Assembly (NCBI GenBank): GCA_021806925.1
Contig: JAKAPS010000001.1
Coordinates: 1,237 to 65,236, forward strand
Length of the DNA: 64,000 nt
Reading direction: 5' to 3'
Source of the DNA: a bacterium
GTDB lineage: Bacteria > Patescibacteriota > Dojkabacteria > JAKAPS01
In this document: piece by piece, positions 62,696 through 64,000 of the stretch
How the letters are laid out: each line of letters starts with the position of its first letter
Numbering within the stretch: the first letter of the stretch is position 1
The notes under the pieces: model-generated
What the model was told of the DNA's origin: nothing
The model's database searches: none
What the model saw: only the letters and a program-made list of their open reading frames with translations
Made by a program: the position numbers and the translations under genes

Positions 62696-63688
62696 TTAGA
62701 ATACTAACAATGATATTCCTACTCCAAATGCAATTGTTGCCCCACCTACTAAAATATAGTATGGTAGACTGAAACCAGTATTTGGCAATGTTCCACCAAC
62801 TGATATTGAAATAGTACAAGGTGAAGATAATGTATCACCATTAGCATCGGTTACACCTGCTAGTGAAATTGTGTATGTTTGACCTGACGATGGTGTGAAC
62901 GTTACTGAAGAATTAGATGTACCGCTAGGAACAAGTGTTGTAGATGTTGGACTAACACTCCATACTGCATTTGTATAACTTATAGGAGAGGATGAGCTTG
63001 ATGTGATTCCTGATTCAATAGTTAACTGAGAATTTGCCGCAACGCTAGACGCTGAAGTTAACGTATTCCCATTTTGTGATAATGTAAATTGGTTACAAGC
63101 AAGGGATGATACACTACCAGTTACCGATGGTGTAGGTGTGCCTGACGTTGTATTTGTAGGAGTAGCACTTATTGTTTGAGTTGTGGTTGGTGTTGTACTG
63201 GTAGTTGATGTTGCTACTGGTCCTGCGGTAGGCAAAAGACCTGATGTACACTGAGATGAATTCAAACTGCTTGTTACAACTATATTCCCCTTATTTCCTG
63301 ATTTATCTACTACATATATTGATGCGTTATATTCATCAGTTCCATTTGCACTACTAAATACGTATTGCCCCTGATTAGCAGGAACAGGTCCAAATGGAAT
63401 TGGCTGAGAACTTGAAGAACTCAAATCATTAATATCGCCCATCACACTGTATGAACTGGATGTTTGTGATGGAACAGACCATTCAACAGTTAGTGAATTA
63501 TTAGATGTAGATGATGAACAAACAATACTGTAAGAAGTCAGCTGAGGAATATTTGATGTATTCGCAGATTGAGAACTTTGGTTCTTTTTATTTAAATTTA
63601 AAATGTATACTGCTGATAATATACTTCCTAGTACAATAACAACAGCTACTACAGCAATAACTACAAAAAGAACTTTCTGATTTTTCAT
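62696..63688 (-). CDS. Ser/Thr-rich surface protein with C-terminal LPNTG-like motif and hydrophobic tail
   Basis: N-terminal signal/anchor, a TSTTSTTPTTTQTISATPT low-complexity region, and a C-terminal ...GGTLPNTGFSLPYYILVGGATIAFGVGISLLVF. Confidence 0.5.
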   Translation of the reverse strand: MKNQKVLFVVIAVVAVVIVLGSILSAVYILNLNKKNQSSQSANTSNIPQLTSYSIVCSSSTSNNSLTVEWSVPSQTSSSYSVMGDINDLSSSSSQPIPFGPVPANQGQYVFSSANGTDEYNASIYVVDKSGNKGNIVVTSSLNSSQCTSGLLPTAGPVATSTTSTTPTTTQTISATPTNTTSGTPTPSVTGSVSSLACNQFTLSQNGNTLTSASSVAANSQLTIESGITSSSSSPISYTNAVWSVSPTSTTLVPSGTSNSSVTFTPSSGQTYTISLAGVTDANGDTLSSPCTISISVGGTLPNTGFSLPYYILVGGATIAFGVGISLLVF

Positions 63689-63751
63689 AAAAACAAATAC
63701 TCTGCAATCATATTATTGCAAAAAGATGCAAATAGTCAACTTTTATATTTT

Positions 63752-64000
63752 CTAGTTATTACTCGACGCATATTTCTGAATATTTAATAAATGTCCTTGA
63801 AGAGATGTCGCAAAGTGTAAAACTCCGTTCGAATCAGAAACAAAGTAAAGGTAATTACTTTTGGGACTATTTAAACAATCATAAAAATCAGTAGCAGATA
63901 TTGAAGATATTGGTGTTGGAGGAAGTCCTGTGTTTATTCTTAAGTTATATGGTTCATCCTGCAATAATTCACTTTGAGAAATATTAGGACTCCACCATGT
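63752..64000 (-). CDS. mltG: MltG/YceG-family endolytic transglycosylase, C-terminal part. The gene continues beyond the window end.
   Basis: YNLRINTGLPPTPISS...LYFVSDSNGVLHFATSLQGHLLNIQKY matches the conserved YceG C-terminus. The frame is open to position 64000. Confidence 0.65.
   Translation of the reverse strand, partial: TWWSPNISQSELLQDEPYNLRINTGLPPTPISSISATDFYDCLNSPKSNYLYFVSDSNGVLHFATSLQGHLLNIQKYASSNN

Overview
This is a 64-kb, AT-rich (about 30% GC) window with compact, mostly co-directional genes, standard-looking ORFs and AGGAG-type Shine-Dalgarno sites. The core genes are bacterial: QueA, an F-type ATP synthase, primary sigma-70 (RpoD), LepA, bS20, RNase HI and HII, and a UvrD-family helicase. 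Several housekeeping enzymes are of the archaeal type (archaeal-type TyrRS, DhnA-type class I aldolase), there are many secreted or Ser/Thr-rich surface proteins, and a Gram-positive-style minimal type IV secretion-like cluster is present. The picture fits a small-genome, Patescibacteria/CPR-like bacterium, but that lineage call is inference only. No rRNA, CRISPR array or classical IS/transposase was recognised. I identified one tRNA by folding, tRNA-Ala(CGC) on the minus strand. The accessory-looking content worth a second look is:
1. The atp operon (atpFHAGDC) has no atpB in the window. Its only c-subunit homolog is a carboxylate-less hairpin fused to the C-terminus of a 600-aa secreted Ig-like protein. 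The operon is also interrupted by a DUF4143 AAA ATPase gene bracketed by 43-bp direct repeats that each contain a palindrome.
2. An operon downstream of rpoD encodes a 7TM membrane protein, an ATP-grasp fused to a retropepsin-like protease, and a RimK-like ATP-grasp. This looks like a peptide-ligase/processing system.
3. A T4SS/Ced-like cluster (52.9-60.6 kb) contains a PrgI-like protein, two VirB4-family ATPase paralogs each preceded by a small protein, a VirB2-like pilin candidate and a VirB6-like polytopic protein.
4. Next to tRNA-Ala sit a truncated RloB-like gene and an orphan Phd/YefM antitoxin.
5. Other oddities include a degenerate ClpB-like pseudo-ATPase, a ClpC with a degenerate D1 domain, a ThyX-like protein lacking the RHR motif, and a 35-aa Lys/Ala-rich gene with a strong SD and a terminator.
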